Positions 1 to 10,349 of a DNA stretch of 64,000 bases are shown here, in pieces (positions within the stretch are counted from its first letter, which is position 1; every line of letters begins with the position of its first letter). A program made the position numbers and the translations under genes. The stretch lies in assembly GCA_965197645.1 (NCBI GenBank), contig OZ240219.1:2784001-2848000 (forward strand). The letters are read 5' to 3'. The notes under the pieces were generated by a model. That model was not told the origin of the DNA, ran no database searches, and was given only the letters and a program-made list of their open reading frames with translations. This DNA is from Dehalococcoidia bacterium. Its GTDB lineage: Bacteria > Chloroflexota > Dehalococcoidia > Plut-88900.

Positions 1-30
1 CCTCAGCTTGTTTCGGTAGGACGGAAGTTT

Positions 31-125
31 TTGTCCCAGCCACCCACCCTCGGATCGTTCGGTGGATAAGGGGGCACATCCCCCTAGCCCCCTGCCAGAG
101 GGAAGTTTCCCTCTGGACTCCCTCT
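31..125. repeat. Intergenic palindromic repeat family A, copy 1
   Basis: tgtccca-ccacc-ctcgga...gggggcaca...ccagagggaa...ccctctggactccctc recurs at 2837-2930 and 18942-19036. Confidence 0.8.
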
Positions 126-171
126 ATATGGCTCCTGGGACAGGCAGCCCTCCCCAGGTAGGCTGGTTGAA

Positions 172-285
172 CATGGGGTGTGCAGAGGGGCGAAGCCCTT
201 TTGCCGGGAGTCTGAGGGTGTCCCTCAGAAATCATTTCTTTTTCTGCCCCCTTCCTGGCCAGGAAGGGGCCAGGGGGATGGTCGC
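172..285. repeat. Intergenic repeat family B, copy 1
   Basis: ggggtgtgcagag...gccgggagtctgag...ccccttcctggccaggaagggg...ggggatggtcg recurs at about 34928-35063. Confidence 0.8.
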
Positions 286-309
286 GAAAAGGGCAGCTGG
301 GGCGGTCAG

Positions 310-753
310 CTAGCGGGCCCAGGCGACGGCGTGGCCGACGATGACCGGCAGCTTGTCCTGGTTGGTGCAGAGGAGATTCATCTCGTAACGGACGTCTTCC
401 TCCTCCTTGCTCTTATCGACGATCTCCAGGTCGATGCTCAACCGGTTGCCGGGAAACACCGGCTTGACGTACTTGGTGAAGAGGGTGCCACCCGCCAAGT
501 AGCCGTCGCCGAAGAACTCGGTCAGATAGCGAGCTATCTCCGAGGTGGTCTGGGACCCATCGGCGATAACGTCCGGCAACCCGACGCTGCGGGCGAACTC
601 GGGGTCGGTGTGGATGTTGGGCGGAAGCTTCGCTTTGCCGTGCTCCACGTCCGACAGGTTCAGATGAAAGGCAGTGATGTTCTCCCTTGTAATCTCGAAA
701 GCCGGCGCCGGCAGCTTGTAACCCACCTGCAGGTCTTTTGTCGCTTGGGTCAT
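310..753 (-). CDS. MaoC-family (hotdog-fold) dehydratase
   Basis: NIHTDPEFARSVGLPDVIADG hydratase-like motif and KPVFPG. Confidence 0.8.
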   Translation of the reverse strand: MTQATKDLQVGYKLPAPAFEITRENITAFHLNLSDVEHGKAKLPPNIHTDPEFARSVGLPDVIADGSQTTSEIARYLTEFFGDGYLAGGTLFTKYVKPVFPGNRLSIDLEIVDKSKEEEDVRYEMNLLCTNQDKLPVIVGHAVAWAR

Positions 754-1154
754 CGTTCTCCTACCTTCCTGTAGGTATCCAGCCCTTCCTGACTGTACCG
801 GGCCACCTCTTCGCCGGCGGCATCATTGAACGTGAACTCGGAGACGGTGTACTCTCGCTCCCTCTTCACGTATCTCTTGATGAGCCGCCCGGTCACCGCC
901 AGCTTCTCTCCGATCCTGACCGGGCGGAAAGTGGTCAGATCGAAAGTCGACTGCACTGCGTCGTCGCCCTTTTTGGACGGGGTTTCCGATTTCCATCTCA
1001 GCATCATCGTCAGGCCGAAGAGCATGGCTGGAGGCACGTAATCTACAGCTTCGTCGTACGTAGCCCCGGCCCATCGCTGGACCATCTCCGGCGTAACCGT
1101 GATCTCTACCGGGCCCACCTCTTTCAGAGGCGGGCCGTTGGAACTGCTACTCAT
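750..1154 (-). CDS. MaoC-like hotdog-fold protein, partner of 310..753
   Basis: FRPVRIGEKLAVTGRL hotdog strand pattern; ATGA overlap with the downstream gene. Confidence 0.7.
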   Translation of the reverse strand: MSSSSNGPPLKEVGPVEITVTPEMVQRWAGATYDEAVDYVPPAMLFGLTMMLRWKSETPSKKGDDAVQSTFDLTTFRPVRIGEKLAVTGRLIKRYVKREREYTVSEFTFNDAAGEEVARYSQEGLDTYRKVGER

Positions 1155-1198
1155 TGTTTATGTAAACTCCTTCATCTATCTACTTCCCCTTTACGCCT

Positions 1199-2761
1199 CT
1201 ACATCTCCTCGGGTTCCAGAAACATCCCAATCTCGCTCATGCTGACACCGTCTACGGCGATCTCCGGGGCATACACCACCTCGTCGGCGGCCCAGACCAG
1301 GGTGCCCTTTTGCTCCCCGGTAACGCCTATGACGTTATTCAAGATATTGTTGATGTTGTCGTTGATCCTTATGGTGTTGGGCTTGACAGGAGCGGTGATC
1401 TCGCCGTTCTCGATCAGGTAGGAATCGGCTACCACGGTGCAGGTGAAGTCACCGGCTGCGAGGGCGTTGATGGGGTAAGTGTACCAGATGCGCCCCACGT
1501 ATATGCCGTTTCCAACCCGGCGGGCCAACTCCTCGATGTTGCAGGGTTCCGACCCCTCGACGATTACGTTAGTGGCGAAGATGCCCGGCTGTGATTCGAA
1601 GCTCCTTCCTCCTCCTCGCCCGAACCGGAACCCGTTGCGGGGCGCCATGGCGGAGGCATACTCAGCCGGATCGACGCCCAGCTTCTCGGCTCCCTTCGGG
1701 TCTCCCAGTATCCGCTGGGTCTCGTAATGGTTCGACATCAGCCCAACCAGCACACCGTCCTTGATCAGGTCGGTCCTGCCTGTGGGGACGCCTTCGCAGG
1801 TGATGTTCTTGGTCCCCATCAGGCCCGGAGCGAACCCATCGTCGTAGATGTTGAGCTGCTCCGAGGCCACCTTCTGTCCCAGCATGCCCATGAACGGCGA
1901 GCTCAGGGAGTAGAAAGTTCCGGTACTTACGCTGGGCAGCACGAGGTTGTTTATCAGATCGGTCACCGGCTGACGGCCGAAGATCACTTTGTGCTTGCCG
2001 CTGGGCACTCGCTGCCCGCCCATGGCATCTATGGAGTTGCGAGCAGCCGACTCGCCCGCTGCGCCGATGAAATCGGTCAGCTTGGTATCGGCGGACCATC
2101 CCGTGCCCTTGGAATCGGCCCCCTCCACCATCGCCGTCACGAAGGACATCATCAGGGTAGATTCATCGGACTGGACCCTGGGCATGAGTGTAGAGCCGAT
2201 GGCGATGCGCTCCTGAAGAATGGTCACGTCGCCGCCGATGATGAGGCCCATATCCTTGACCTTGTACCGCTCCCTCGCGGCAAGCAGCAGGCTCTCCGAG
2301 CTCTGGAACGTGTCCAACGCCCGCTCTATGGTCGTCCACCCGACGTCCACCAGGTCCTCGTCCTTGATGTTCATCAGGCTGGGGTCGTGGTACTTGGGGC
2401 GCCTGGCAGCGCCGTCCATCTGCCGGGGCAGGGACACGAACTCCGGGTCCCGTACAGCGCCTTTGCGGGCCTTCTCCAACGCCCTCTGTGCCCCTTCGAC
2501 GGACAGGTTGCTCGGCTCACTCCCGAACCCAATCTTGACCCCGTCCTGGGACTTGAAGACCGCCCGAATGCCCAAGCCGTAGGCCTCGCTGGACTTAGGC
2601 TCCTCAAGCCCGTTGCAGGGTATGTGAGAGGTGTAGTTGAGGCGGGTGGTCAGGTTGCCGTTACAGGCCACGAACACCTCGGCGTCCTGAACGTCGCCGA
2701 CGCCCTGCAGGTACTCGAGAGCCTCACGGACCGACCTCGTAAGGTCTTTCAGCGGTTTCAA
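1199..2761 (-). CDS. TldE/PmbA-family protein
   Basis: TldD/PmbA signatures (EGVPTGRTDLIKDGVL, YLIENGEI..PVK) without HExxGH; adjacent to TldD. Confidence 0.85.
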   Translation of the reverse strand: MKPLKDLTRSVREALEYLQGVGDVQDAEVFVACNGNLTTRLNYTSHIPCNGLEEPKSSEAYGLGIRAVFKSQDGVKIGFGSEPSNLSVEGAQRALEKARKGAVRDPEFVSLPRQMDGAARRPKYHDPSLMNIKDEDLVDVGWTTIERALDTFQSSESLLLAARERYKVKDMGLIIGGDVTILQERIAIGSTLMPRVQSDESTLMMSFVTAMVEGADSKGTGWSADTKLTDFIGAAGESAARNSIDAMGGQRVPSGKHKVIFGRQPVTDLINNLVLPSVSTGTFYSLSSPFMGMLGQKVASEQLNIYDDGFAPGLMGTKNITCEGVPTGRTDLIKDGVLVGLMSNHYETQRILGDPKGAEKLGVDPAEYASAMAPRNGFRFGRGGGRSFESQPGIFATNVIVEGSEPCNIEELARRVGNGIYVGRIWYTYPINALAAGDFTCTVVADSYLIENGEITAPVKPNTIRINDNINNILNNVIGVTGEQKGTLVWAADEVVYAPEIAVDGVSMSEIGMFLEPEEM

Positions 2762-2836
2762 CTAGCTAGAGTCCTCTTTGTTGTTTCGGCATCGAGCCAG
2801 TGTTATCTGGAGCCTGTCCCAGAAGAACAGATGTCT

Positions 2837-2930
2837 TTGTCCCAGCCGCCCACCCTCGGATGTTTTTGTAGATGGGGGCACATCTCCCATACCCCCTGCC
2901 AGAGAGAAATTTCCCTCTGGACTCCCTCAA
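2837..2930. repeat. Intergenic palindromic repeat family A, copy 2
   Basis: Similar to 31-125; lies between tldD and tldE. Confidence 0.8.
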
Positions 2931-2974
2931 TACGGTATTCCGAGATATGCCCATCTAGGAAGGCTACCCGCAGG

Positions 2975-4540
2975 CTAGCTGCCCGTTATCTTGGCCCTGC
3001 TCCGCAGGGTCGGGCCGCCGTTGCCCAGCTTCTTCACCTGCATCGGCTGGCCCTTGCCACAGTTGGGTATCGGGTAGAGGCGGAAGTCGTTGCCCACGCC
3101 GTCCACGTTCATGAAGAAATCACGACTATCGGCGGTTATGCCACCGTTTCGATACAGCTGTCCCAACTCGCCGTTTTTGATCTCGTAGGTCTTCATAGCC
3201 GAGATGCGGAAATTCTCCCTGGACTCGGCAATCGAGGGGATGCGATGCCCCGCCATGTAGTAGCCGTGCTCCACGTCGCGGATCATTTCTTGGGGGTCCT
3301 GCTGGCCCGGCCCAAACACGGTGTTGGACATGCGGATCAGGGGCACCAGAGCTGCATCGGTGGCCTTGTACGATCCGTTGGGCTCCTCGCCCAGTATCGC
3401 CGCCGATTGCCGGCTGTTCATGAATCCCTCGAACACACCCTGGTTGATGTGCACTACTTTCTTCGCCTGCGTGCCCTCGTGGTCGTACTTGTAGTGGCCG
3501 TAGCCGGGCAGCGTGGGGTCCGAGTAGGCGTTGACCATGGGAGAGGCCACCTGTCGGCCGATCTGGTTATCGTCCAGGCCCTTGAACAGCCAGGTGCGCC
3601 CCGCGTAGGCCGTCTCCATCTTCAGCGCCCGGTCGCCCTCCACCGGATGGCCCACGATCTCGTGGACCAGGAGGGTGTTGTAGTGAGGGTCGGTAACGAC
3701 CACCACGTCCTCGTCGCTTGTCTTCAGGGGTTCGGCGTTGGCCAGCTCCACCGTGTCGCGGGCCAGATCGAGGGAGAAGGTCATCAGGTCTGGGTTCTGT
3801 ATGTACTCATCCTGGAAACCCTTTTCTAACACTTCCCAACCCCGCTGATGGCCGATGAAGTCGTAGAGCTCCTGGCTGCCGCTTTCGCTCTGCGCCACCA
3901 CGTAGCTCATCCCCTGGGTCATGGCGAAGGTCTGGTCGATGTTGGCCCCCTCCGAGCTGCAAAACAGCTCCCGATCAAGGGAGGTCAGCCCGAACACGAA
4001 GTTGAACATCACCTGGGAGTCCGAGTCGCCTACTGCCTTGGAGGTATCGGTAACGCATCTCACCACGTCGCCCAGGGGCACGGCCCTCGGGTCGGACTCG
4101 TATATCGCAGGAACGGTATCCTGGAACACATTGGTCGGAGCCAGCTGGGAGTCGTACAGACTGTCCGCCAGCACCGAGTACCGCCCTTTCGCCAGGTGTT
4201 TCCGCTCCGCATTGGCCATGGCCCTGCGATAGGCGTGTCTGACACCCGCTTTGAGCAATTTGTGCAGATTGTCCAGATCGGCACTGCCCAGCTGCTGGCC
4301 GAAGTAGCCGGGCGCCGCAATCCTGTCGCCCGCCAGGACCCTCACGCCGAAGGAGATGCCGTAGTCCTCGGCGCTGTTCTTCTCCACCCCGTTCTCGGCC
4401 ACTGCCCCTTTTCCTTCGCTCACCTCCAGCCTGATATCGGCATATCGAAGGCCTCTCTGCTTCTTCGCATAGCTGGTGGCAACGTCGTATACCAGGGGTT
4501 TTATGTCGTCGACAATGTCTACGGAGACCGTGGTAGCCAT
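2975..4540 (-). CDS. tldD: TldD-family metalloprotease
   Basis: HEIVGHPVEGDR zinc motif, RMSNT and CGKGQP. Confidence 0.9.
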   Translation of the reverse strand: MATTVSVDIVDDIKPLVYDVATSYAKKQRGLRYADIRLEVSEGKGAVAENGVEKNSAEDYGISFGVRVLAGDRIAAPGYFGQQLGSADLDNLHKLLKAGVRHAYRRAMANAERKHLAKGRYSVLADSLYDSQLAPTNVFQDTVPAIYESDPRAVPLGDVVRCVTDTSKAVGDSDSQVMFNFVFGLTSLDRELFCSSEGANIDQTFAMTQGMSYVVAQSESGSQELYDFIGHQRGWEVLEKGFQDEYIQNPDLMTFSLDLARDTVELANAEPLKTSDEDVVVVTDPHYNTLLVHEIVGHPVEGDRALKMETAYAGRTWLFKGLDDNQIGRQVASPMVNAYSDPTLPGYGHYKYDHEGTQAKKVVHINQGVFEGFMNSRQSAAILGEEPNGSYKATDAALVPLIRMSNTVFGPGQQDPQEMIRDVEHGYYMAGHRIPSIAESRENFRISAMKTYEIKNGELGQLYRNGGITADSRDFFMNVDGVGNDFRLYPIPNCGKGQPMQVKKLGNGGPTLRSRAKITGS

Positions 4541-4625
4541 GGGGGTAGTCCTTCTAGATGGGGAGGTGGGCTAATTGTACCAAAGTCTGTGGCCACTTTC
4601 GAACGGTCGGGTGCTAGAATGTGAC

Positions 4626-4778
4626 ATGGCTCAAGCGCCCGACGATGCGCAGGAAGAGATCAGGATGGAGCAGCAGCGCATCGATGCCTGCGATATCTGC
4701 GGCGCCACCACCGACGAGGTGCACTGCAAGGTAATATGCCCCAACTGCGGTTACACTAGGGACTGCTCCGATCCCTGA
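4626..4778 (+). CDS. Small zinc-finger protein (CxxCG...CKxxCPNCG..RDCSDP)
   Basis: Cys-rich zinc-ribbon pattern; start is 4626 or 4665. Confidence 0.7.
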   Translation: MAQAPDDAQEEIRMEQQRIDACDICGATTDEVHCKVICPNCGYTRDCSDP

Positions 4779-4807
4779 TCCGGTCAGCCGGCGCCAACTC
4801 ACAACAA

Positions 4808-4832
4808 AGGGCCTGGCTCATTGCCAGGCCCT
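4808..4832. terminator. Intrinsic terminator hairpin between convergent zinc-finger and ferredoxin genes
   Basis: agggcctggc-tcatt-gccaggccct 10-bp stem; T-rich tail on the minus strand. Confidence 0.7.
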
Positions 4833-4859
4833 ATCGGTTAACGGAGCCGTTTCCTACTG

Positions 4860-5108
4860 CTAGTCCTTGAAATAGTTGATGTTGATATCGTAGTACTGGG
4901 CCCAGTACCCCGGCACTTCCGATTCCTCGAAGATGGCGGTCACCGGACAAACGGGCTCGCATGCAGCACAGTCGATGCACTCATCGGGGTCTATGTACAG
5001 CATGTCCTCCCCCTCGCCATCGGGAGGGATGATACAGTCCACGGGACAGACCTCGACACAGGACAGATCTTTAACACCGATGCAGGGCTCAGCGATGATG
5101 TAAGTCAT
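4860..5108 (-). CDS. fdxA: 7Fe (3Fe-4S/4Fe-4S) ferredoxin, FdxA type
   Basis: [18 protein letters not shown] and [16 protein letters not shown]. Confidence 0.9.
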   Translation of the reverse strand: MTYIIAEPCIGVKDLSCVEVCPVDCIIPPDGEGEDMLYIDPDECIDCAACEPVCPVTAIFEESEVPGYWAQYYDININYFKD

Positions 5109-5238
5109 CTAGGAAGGGCCTCCAAAGTACTCAGATTCCAGCCTCGTCTTGATCTTTCTCGTGCTGTAGGACACGGCGAGTTATTTTAATACGTAATCCA
5201 ACAATAGACAAACTGCTTTTGCAGCATTTCCAACCGGG

Positions 5239-6930
5239 CTACCCGGTCACCGCTCCCCGGGACGCCGACGATGCCAGCTTGGCGTACTTGGCCAGCACCC
5301 CGGTAGTGTAGTTTGGCGGCATTGGCTTCCACTCCCGCAGGCGCCGGTCCATCTCACCCGCATCCACGTCCAGGTCCAGGCGACGGTTGGGTATATCGAA
5401 GATGATGGTATCGCCTTCCTCGACTACCGCCATCGGTCCGCCGACGGCAGCCTCCGGCGCCACATGTCCCACCATCAACCCCCGTGTAGCTCCCGAGAAC
5501 CGGCCATCGGTAATGAGGGCCACGTCTTCGCCCAGGCCCTGACCCACAATGGCCGCTGTCACCTGGAGCATCTCCCGCATCCCCGGACCCCCTTTAGGGC
5601 CTTCGTACCGCAGGACTACGATGTCGCCGGCTTCGATCTCTCTGCGTTGGACCGCTTCGAAGGCGTCCTGCTCGCGATTGAAAACCCGGGCCCTGCCCCT
5701 GTGCACGTGCTGCAGATGCTCGACCTTCGATAGCTTTACCACCGAACCCTCGGGTGCCAGGTTGCCCTTCAGGATTACCAGCGAGCCGTGGGAGCTGAGA
5801 GGACTCTCGACGGTGTGAACGATGTCCCGGCTGCCGTCGTCCTGAACGGAGGCCAGGTTCTCTGCGATGGTCTTGCCGGTAACGGTCAGGGCGTCCCCGT
5901 GGAGAAGGCCCGCGTCCAGGAGCCGCTTCATCACCAACGGCACGCCGCCGGCCCGGTTCAGGTCCGCCATCACGTACCTTCCACCCGGTTTCATATCGGC
6001 GATATAGGGGACCCGTTCCGCTATCCGATCGAAATCTTCGATGTCCAGCTTGACCTGCGCCTCGTGGGCGATGGCCAGGAGATGCAGGACCACGTTGGTC
6101 GAACCACCCATGGCCACGGCAACCGCTATCCCATTCTCGAACGCCTCACGGGTAAGGATGTCCCGGGGCCTGATCCCCTTCTCCAGTACAGACATCACCG
6201 CCGCGCCCGCCCGCTCCGACGCGTCCAGTATCTCTCCTTCGACGGAGGGCAGAGATGAGGTGGCCGGCAACGCCAAGCCCATAGCCTCGATGGTCGATGA
6301 CATGGTGTTGGCGGTAAACATCCCCGCGCAGGAGCCGGCTCCCGGACAGGCCGCACATTCGATCTCCCTCAGCTCATCGTCGTCGATGCTGCCCTTGGCA
6401 TGGGCCCCGATGGCCTCGAAGACGTCCTGGATGTTTATGTCTTTGCCCTTGTAGCTGCCCGGCAGGATAGTACCGCCGTAGACGAACACCGATGGGATGT
6501 TCAACCTCGCTACTGCCATTACCGTGCCGGGCATGTTCTTATCGCAACCGGCCACGGTGACCAGTCCGTCGAAATACTCCGCGTGGGAGACCATCTCTAT
6601 AGAGTCGGCGATTATCTCCCGACTGACCAGCGAGGCCTTCATGCCTTCGGTGCCCATGGAGATGCCGTCGCTGACGGTGGGGGCGCCAAACACGAAGGGG
6701 GTGCCGGCGGCGTTCCTGACCCCTTCCCGGACCTTCTGCACCAGGCCGTCCAGGTGAACATTACACGGCGTAATGTCGCTGGCCAGGTTGGCTATGCCGA
6801 TGAACGGCTGCGCCAGCTCTTCGTCGCCCACTCCCACGGCTCTGAGCATCGCCCTGGCGGCTGCCCTGTCGGGGCCTTCCATTACCTGACGGCTCCGGTG
6901 CTTTACGTCCATTTTGGTGTCTGTAGTCAT
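5239..6930 (-). CDS. ilvD: Dihydroxy-acid dehydratase
   Basis: [32 protein letters not shown] and TDGRFSG; GGAGGAG RBS before ATG at 6930. Confidence 0.95.
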   Translation of the reverse strand: MTTDTKMDVKHRSRQVMEGPDRAAARAMLRAVGVGDEELAQPFIGIANLASDITPCNVHLDGLVQKVREGVRNAAGTPFVFGAPTVSDGISMGTEGMKASLVSREIIADSIEMVSHAEYFDGLVTVAGCDKNMPGTVMAVARLNIPSVFVYGGTILPGSYKGKDINIQDVFEAIGAHAKGSIDDDELREIECAACPGAGSCAGMFTANTMSSTIEAMGLALPATSSLPSVEGEILDASERAGAAVMSVLEKGIRPRDILTREAFENGIAVAVAMGGSTNVVLHLLAIAHEAQVKLDIEDFDRIAERVPYIADMKPGGRYVMADLNRAGGVPLVMKRLLDAGLLHGDALTVTGKTIAENLASVQDDGSRDIVHTVESPLSSHGSLVILKGNLAPEGSVVKLSKVEHLQHVHRGRARVFNREQDAFEAVQRREIEAGDIVVLRYEGPKGGPGMREMLQVTAAIVGQGLGEDVALITDGRFSGATRGLMVGHVAPEAAVGGPMAVVEEGDTIIFDIPNRRLDLDVDAGEMDRRLREWKPMPPNYTTGVLAKYAKLASSASRGAVTG

Positions 6931-7202
6931 GGCGCTCCTCCAGACCAAACGGATTGTTTATCGCCTGGAATCGTCTCTGATTTGGTCTCATAGTAACATA
7001 GAAAAAAACAGGTTGACGATTTTCCCCAGTCACTTAGAATGGGTCTGCGTCCCTTTGGGGAAGGGGCGAGTCCGTCCGGTACACGTCCTTATCTATCTTT
7101 CGGGGTCGATTCGCTACGACAACCTAAGTCCCCGCTCTGGACCAAGGCCTGCGGGGGCGAGTTCCGAGAAACAGAATGAGTACGCTGCACAGGAGGTGCA
7201 CA

Positions 7203-8009
7203 ATGACCTACGAGACCATAACCGTCGAGAGGGAGGACCGGGTGGTCAGGCTGACGCTGAACAGGCCCGACAAGCTCAACGCCATCAACGCCCAGATGGA
7301 AAGTGAGCTCTCCCAGGTAATCCCGGAGCTCGACCGGGACGATGAGATCGGAGCAGTGGTTGTGACCGGCGCAGGCCGGGCCTTTTGCGCCGGGGGAGAC
7401 GTATCCCAGCTGCCGGGTAACGTATCCAAGCAGGACCAGGGGTCTCCTAACGTGGACGACATTCGCCGGGGTTTCCGGGGCGCACAGTCGGTGGTCCTGG
7501 GCCTGCAGAGGATGCAGAAGCCGGTCATAGGGATGATGAACGGCGTGGCGGCGGGAGCCGGATTCGATATGGCCTGCGCCTGCGACATTCGCATCGGTAC
7601 GCCAAAGTCCCGCTTCATGTCCGCCTTCGTGCGGGTGGGCCTGTTCCCGGGATGGGGAGGCCTGTGGCTGTACGCAAAAGTCCTGGGCGTTCCCAAGGCC
7701 GCGGAGCTCCTCTTCACCGGCGATTTCCTGGAAGCCGAGGAGGCCCATCGGTTGGGCATGCTGAACAAGCTGGTCGCCGAGGAGGAGCTGGAGGAGGTAA
7801 CCATGGAGATGGCGAGGAAGATCGCCGATGGCCCTCCCATCTCCCTGCGTCTGTCCAAGCTGATGCTCTACAAATGCCTGGAGATGGACCTGGAAACGGC
7901 GATGCAGATGTCGGCGGCGCTGGAGACGATAACCCTCACCTCGGAAGACCACCGCGAGGGTGTAGCCGCCTTCCGAGAAAAGCGAAAGGCCGCCTACGAA
8001 GGGACGTAG
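7203..8009 (+). CDS. Enoyl-CoA hydratase/isomerase (crotonase family)
   Basis: LNRPDKLNA, GRAFCAGGD and AFREKRK; AGGAGG RBS. Confidence 0.9.
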   Translation: MTYETITVEREDRVVRLTLNRPDKLNAINAQMESELSQVIPELDRDDEIGAVVVTGAGRAFCAGGDVSQLPGNVSKQDQGSPNVDDIRRGFRGAQSVVLGLQRMQKPVIGMMNGVAAGAGFDMACACDIRIGTPKSRFMSAFVRVGLFPGWGGLWLYAKVLGVPKAAELLFTGDFLEAEEAHRLGMLNKLVAEEELEEVTMEMARKIADGPPISLRLSKLMLYKCLEMDLETAMQMSAALETITLTSEDHREGVAAFREKRKAAYEGT

Positions 8010-8075
8010 CCCCTCCGTCTAACGGCGAGCCGAAGGGACCGGCACCTTCTCTGGCCCTCGCCGGCCAGACCTGGC

Positions 8076-8119
8076 TAGATTGCCACGCCCCGACTTCGTC
8101 GGGTCTCGCAATGACGAGG
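8076..8119. repeat. REP-like palindrome family C (gattgccacg-ccccgacttcgtcggg-tctcgcaatgac)
   Basis: Recurs at about 40383-40421 and, inverted, twice within 46197-46510. Confidence 0.85.
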
Positions 8120-8213
8120 CCGTTGTTGCGAGCGACGGGGTAGTAGGTCCTGAGTGGGTTTGGGGGACTTCGCCCCGTCTTCTCTCCTGTTATGGGTGCA
8201 GGGCGTCGCCCTG

Positions 8214-9413
8214 CTAGGCCGCCTTCTCGAAGATGGCGGCCAGCCCTTGCCCTCCCCCCACGCACATCGTCTCCAGACCGTAGCGTACCTCCCGCCGCCT
8301 CATTTCGTGAAGCAGGGTAGCCAGAATTCGGGCTCCGGTAGCCGCTATCGGATGGCCCAGCGAGATGCCGGACCCGTTGACGTTCACTATCTCGTCGTCG
8401 GGTAGGTCCCAGCCCTGGAACACGGCCAGCACCTGGGCGGCGAAGGCCTCGTTCAGCTCTATCAGACCGATGTCGCTCCAGTTGAGGCCCGTCTTCTCGA
8501 ACAGCTTCTTGACCGCGGGCACCGGCCCGATGCCCATATATCTCGGGTCCACCCCAGCCGAGGCCCATCCACGCAGGTAGGCCATCGGCTCCAGGCCCAG
8601 CTCGTCCAGCTTGTCGGCGCCCACCACCATGCAAACGGAGGCGGCATCGTTCTGGCTGCTGGCGTTGCCCGCCGTCACCGTGCCGTCCTTGTTCACCGGC
8701 CGAAGCTTGCCCAGCCGCTCCAGAGTGGTCTCCTTCCGAGGCCCTTCATCGGTATCGAACATTACCGGGTCGCCCTTGCGCTGGGGTATGGGCACCCCGA
8801 CGATCTCTTCCTCGAACTTTCCCTCTTCAGATGCGGTAGCCGCCCTCTGGTGGCTCCGCAGGGCCAGCTTGTCCTGCTCCTCGCGAGGGATCTCGTACTG
8901 CTGGGCGAGGTTCTCCGCCGTGTCCACCATGCTAGATATCCGCCCGAACCTATCATCGGGGGACATGGTCTCTCGGCCTCTCACCAGCCGGTCGTGGAAA
9001 GGCATCGAACCGAACCGGCCACCCCACCGGGCATCGGTTACGTAGTACTCGGCGGTGCTCATGCTCTCCACCCCACCGGCGATGACCACGTCGGCGTTTT
9101 CCGTTTGCACCAGCATGGAGGCGTTGAGGATAGCCTGGAGCCCAGAGGAGCAGCGGCGGTCGAGCTGATATCCGGTAACCTCGATGGGCAGGCCGGCCTT
9201 GAGCGAGCAGAGCCTGCCGATGGCCGGATTCTCGCCGCTGGGATAGCTGTGGCCCAGCACAACCTCGTCCACCTTTTCGCCGTCCAGGCCGGTGCGCTTC
9301 AGCACCTCTTCGATCACGATGGTGCCCAGCTCCTCGGCGGGAATGTCCTTGAGCGAACCTCCAAACCTGCCTACTGCGGTCCGCACAGGCGAGACTATGG
9401 CTACTTCACGCAT
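8214..9413 (-). CDS. Acetyl-CoA C-acyltransferase (thiolase)
   Basis: RRCSSGLQA, NEAFAAQ, GHPIAATG and MCVGGGQG. Confidence 0.95.
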   Translation of the reverse strand: MREVAIVSPVRTAVGRFGGSLKDIPAEELGTIVIEEVLKRTGLDGEKVDEVVLGHSYPSGENPAIGRLCSLKAGLPIEVTGYQLDRRCSSGLQAILNASMLVQTENADVVIAGGVESMSTAEYYVTDARWGGRFGSMPFHDRLVRGRETMSPDDRFGRISSMVDTAENLAQQYEIPREEQDKLALRSHQRAATASEEGKFEEEIVGVPIPQRKGDPVMFDTDEGPRKETTLERLGKLRPVNKDGTVTAGNASSQNDAASVCMVVGADKLDELGLEPMAYLRGWASAGVDPRYMGIGPVPAVKKLFEKTGLNWSDIGLIELNEAFAAQVLAVFQGWDLPDDEIVNVNGSGISLGHPIAATGARILATLLHEMRRREVRYGLETMCVGGGQGLAAIFEKAA

Positions 9414-9470
9414 GGCTGGGTACCCTCCTGAAACCGGATGACGCCCGAAACTAGATGACGCCTCTGCCCG

Positions 9471-10286
9471 CTAGCCCACCGGCGCAGTGCGGGTATATTC
9501 AGCCAGATATCCGGGCCTGTACTGCCGATCTTCCCAGTTAGGATCGTCCTCGTCCCAGACGTAGGGAAGGGTGACAATCGAGCCTGGAGTGTCCATGGTC
9601 GTCAGCGCAGCGAAAGCGTCCCGTATTATGCTGCGCTGGAGCTCGGGCTCGTTGGGTTTTCCCGTCTGATGGCCCATGGGATAGTTGACGAAAACGGCCC
9701 GGGGAGGTTTAACGGCCTTCGTAATATCCAGGCCGGACGACATCGTGAGAGTTGGGATCCCCGCCTCTTCGATTACCCTGGAGATCAGTCCTACGGACTG
9801 ATGGCAGACCGGTCAGGCAGGCACCAGGTAGACAAGGTCGGCTTTCAGATCCTGCACGTGCTCCAGCAGCTGCGGCGCAAGACGCTGTTGCACCCTCCTC
9901 ACCGAGTAGATGCCGCCCATGAAGCTGAAGGCTCGTTCCGCCAGGCTCCCGAACAGTCCCTCCTCCTCCAACTCTCTCATCCGTTCCAGCGGGAACACGC
10001 AGTTGGGGTCTTTTACGGCGTCATCGATCTGATACCCGAAGTGGGACACACTCATATCCGATACGGCCGTGTCCCTGGGGATCTCGCGGAACGATGCATC
10101 GTTCTTGAAATGGAAGGGTTCCTGGTCACGATGGTAAACCCCGCCCGAGCTCATCAGCACCACCTTGCTCTCCTGGAGCGGCTTGGTGAGGGGCGTCCAT
10201 GGGATATCCTCGTTGTGCACCCAGCGATAGGGAGCTGTATCGGGGTAAAGCTCTCTGGTCCTCGGGATGTAGTCTATAGGGGACAT
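9471..10286 (-). CDS. Selenoprotein of the glycine/betaine/D-proline reductase B family (PrdB-like); Sec at TGA 9813-9815
   Basis: ORFs 9813..10286 and 9471..9743 are in the same frame; read-through gives LVPA-U-PVCHQSVGLISRVIEEAGIPT. Confidence 0.85.
9784..9802 (-). promoter_or_regulatory. Putative bacterial SECIS hairpin
   Basis: ATCAGTCC-GTA-GGACTGAT perfect 8-bp stem starting 10 nt after the UGA, with G in the loop. Confidence 0.7.
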
Positions 10287-10349
10287 CTCTTACTCCTCGT
10301 TCGATAAGCTAGTTAACAATACTACACTATCCACCGGCCCGGAGTCATT

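Noticed and set aside
1727-3829. 700-aa plus-strand ORF
   Set aside because: Antisense shadow of tldD/tldE in GC-rich DNA; no recognisable motifs.
6960-7200. Possible riboswitch or attenuator between ilvD and the crotonase gene
   Set aside because: Only short GC stems; no recognisable aptamer, T-box or leader peptide.
9813-9815. In-frame TGA codons here and at 18759-18761 as nonsense mutations (pseudogenes)
   Set aside because: Both fall exactly at the first position of a redox UxxC motif and are followed by SECIS-like hairpins, and the rest of each frame is intact.
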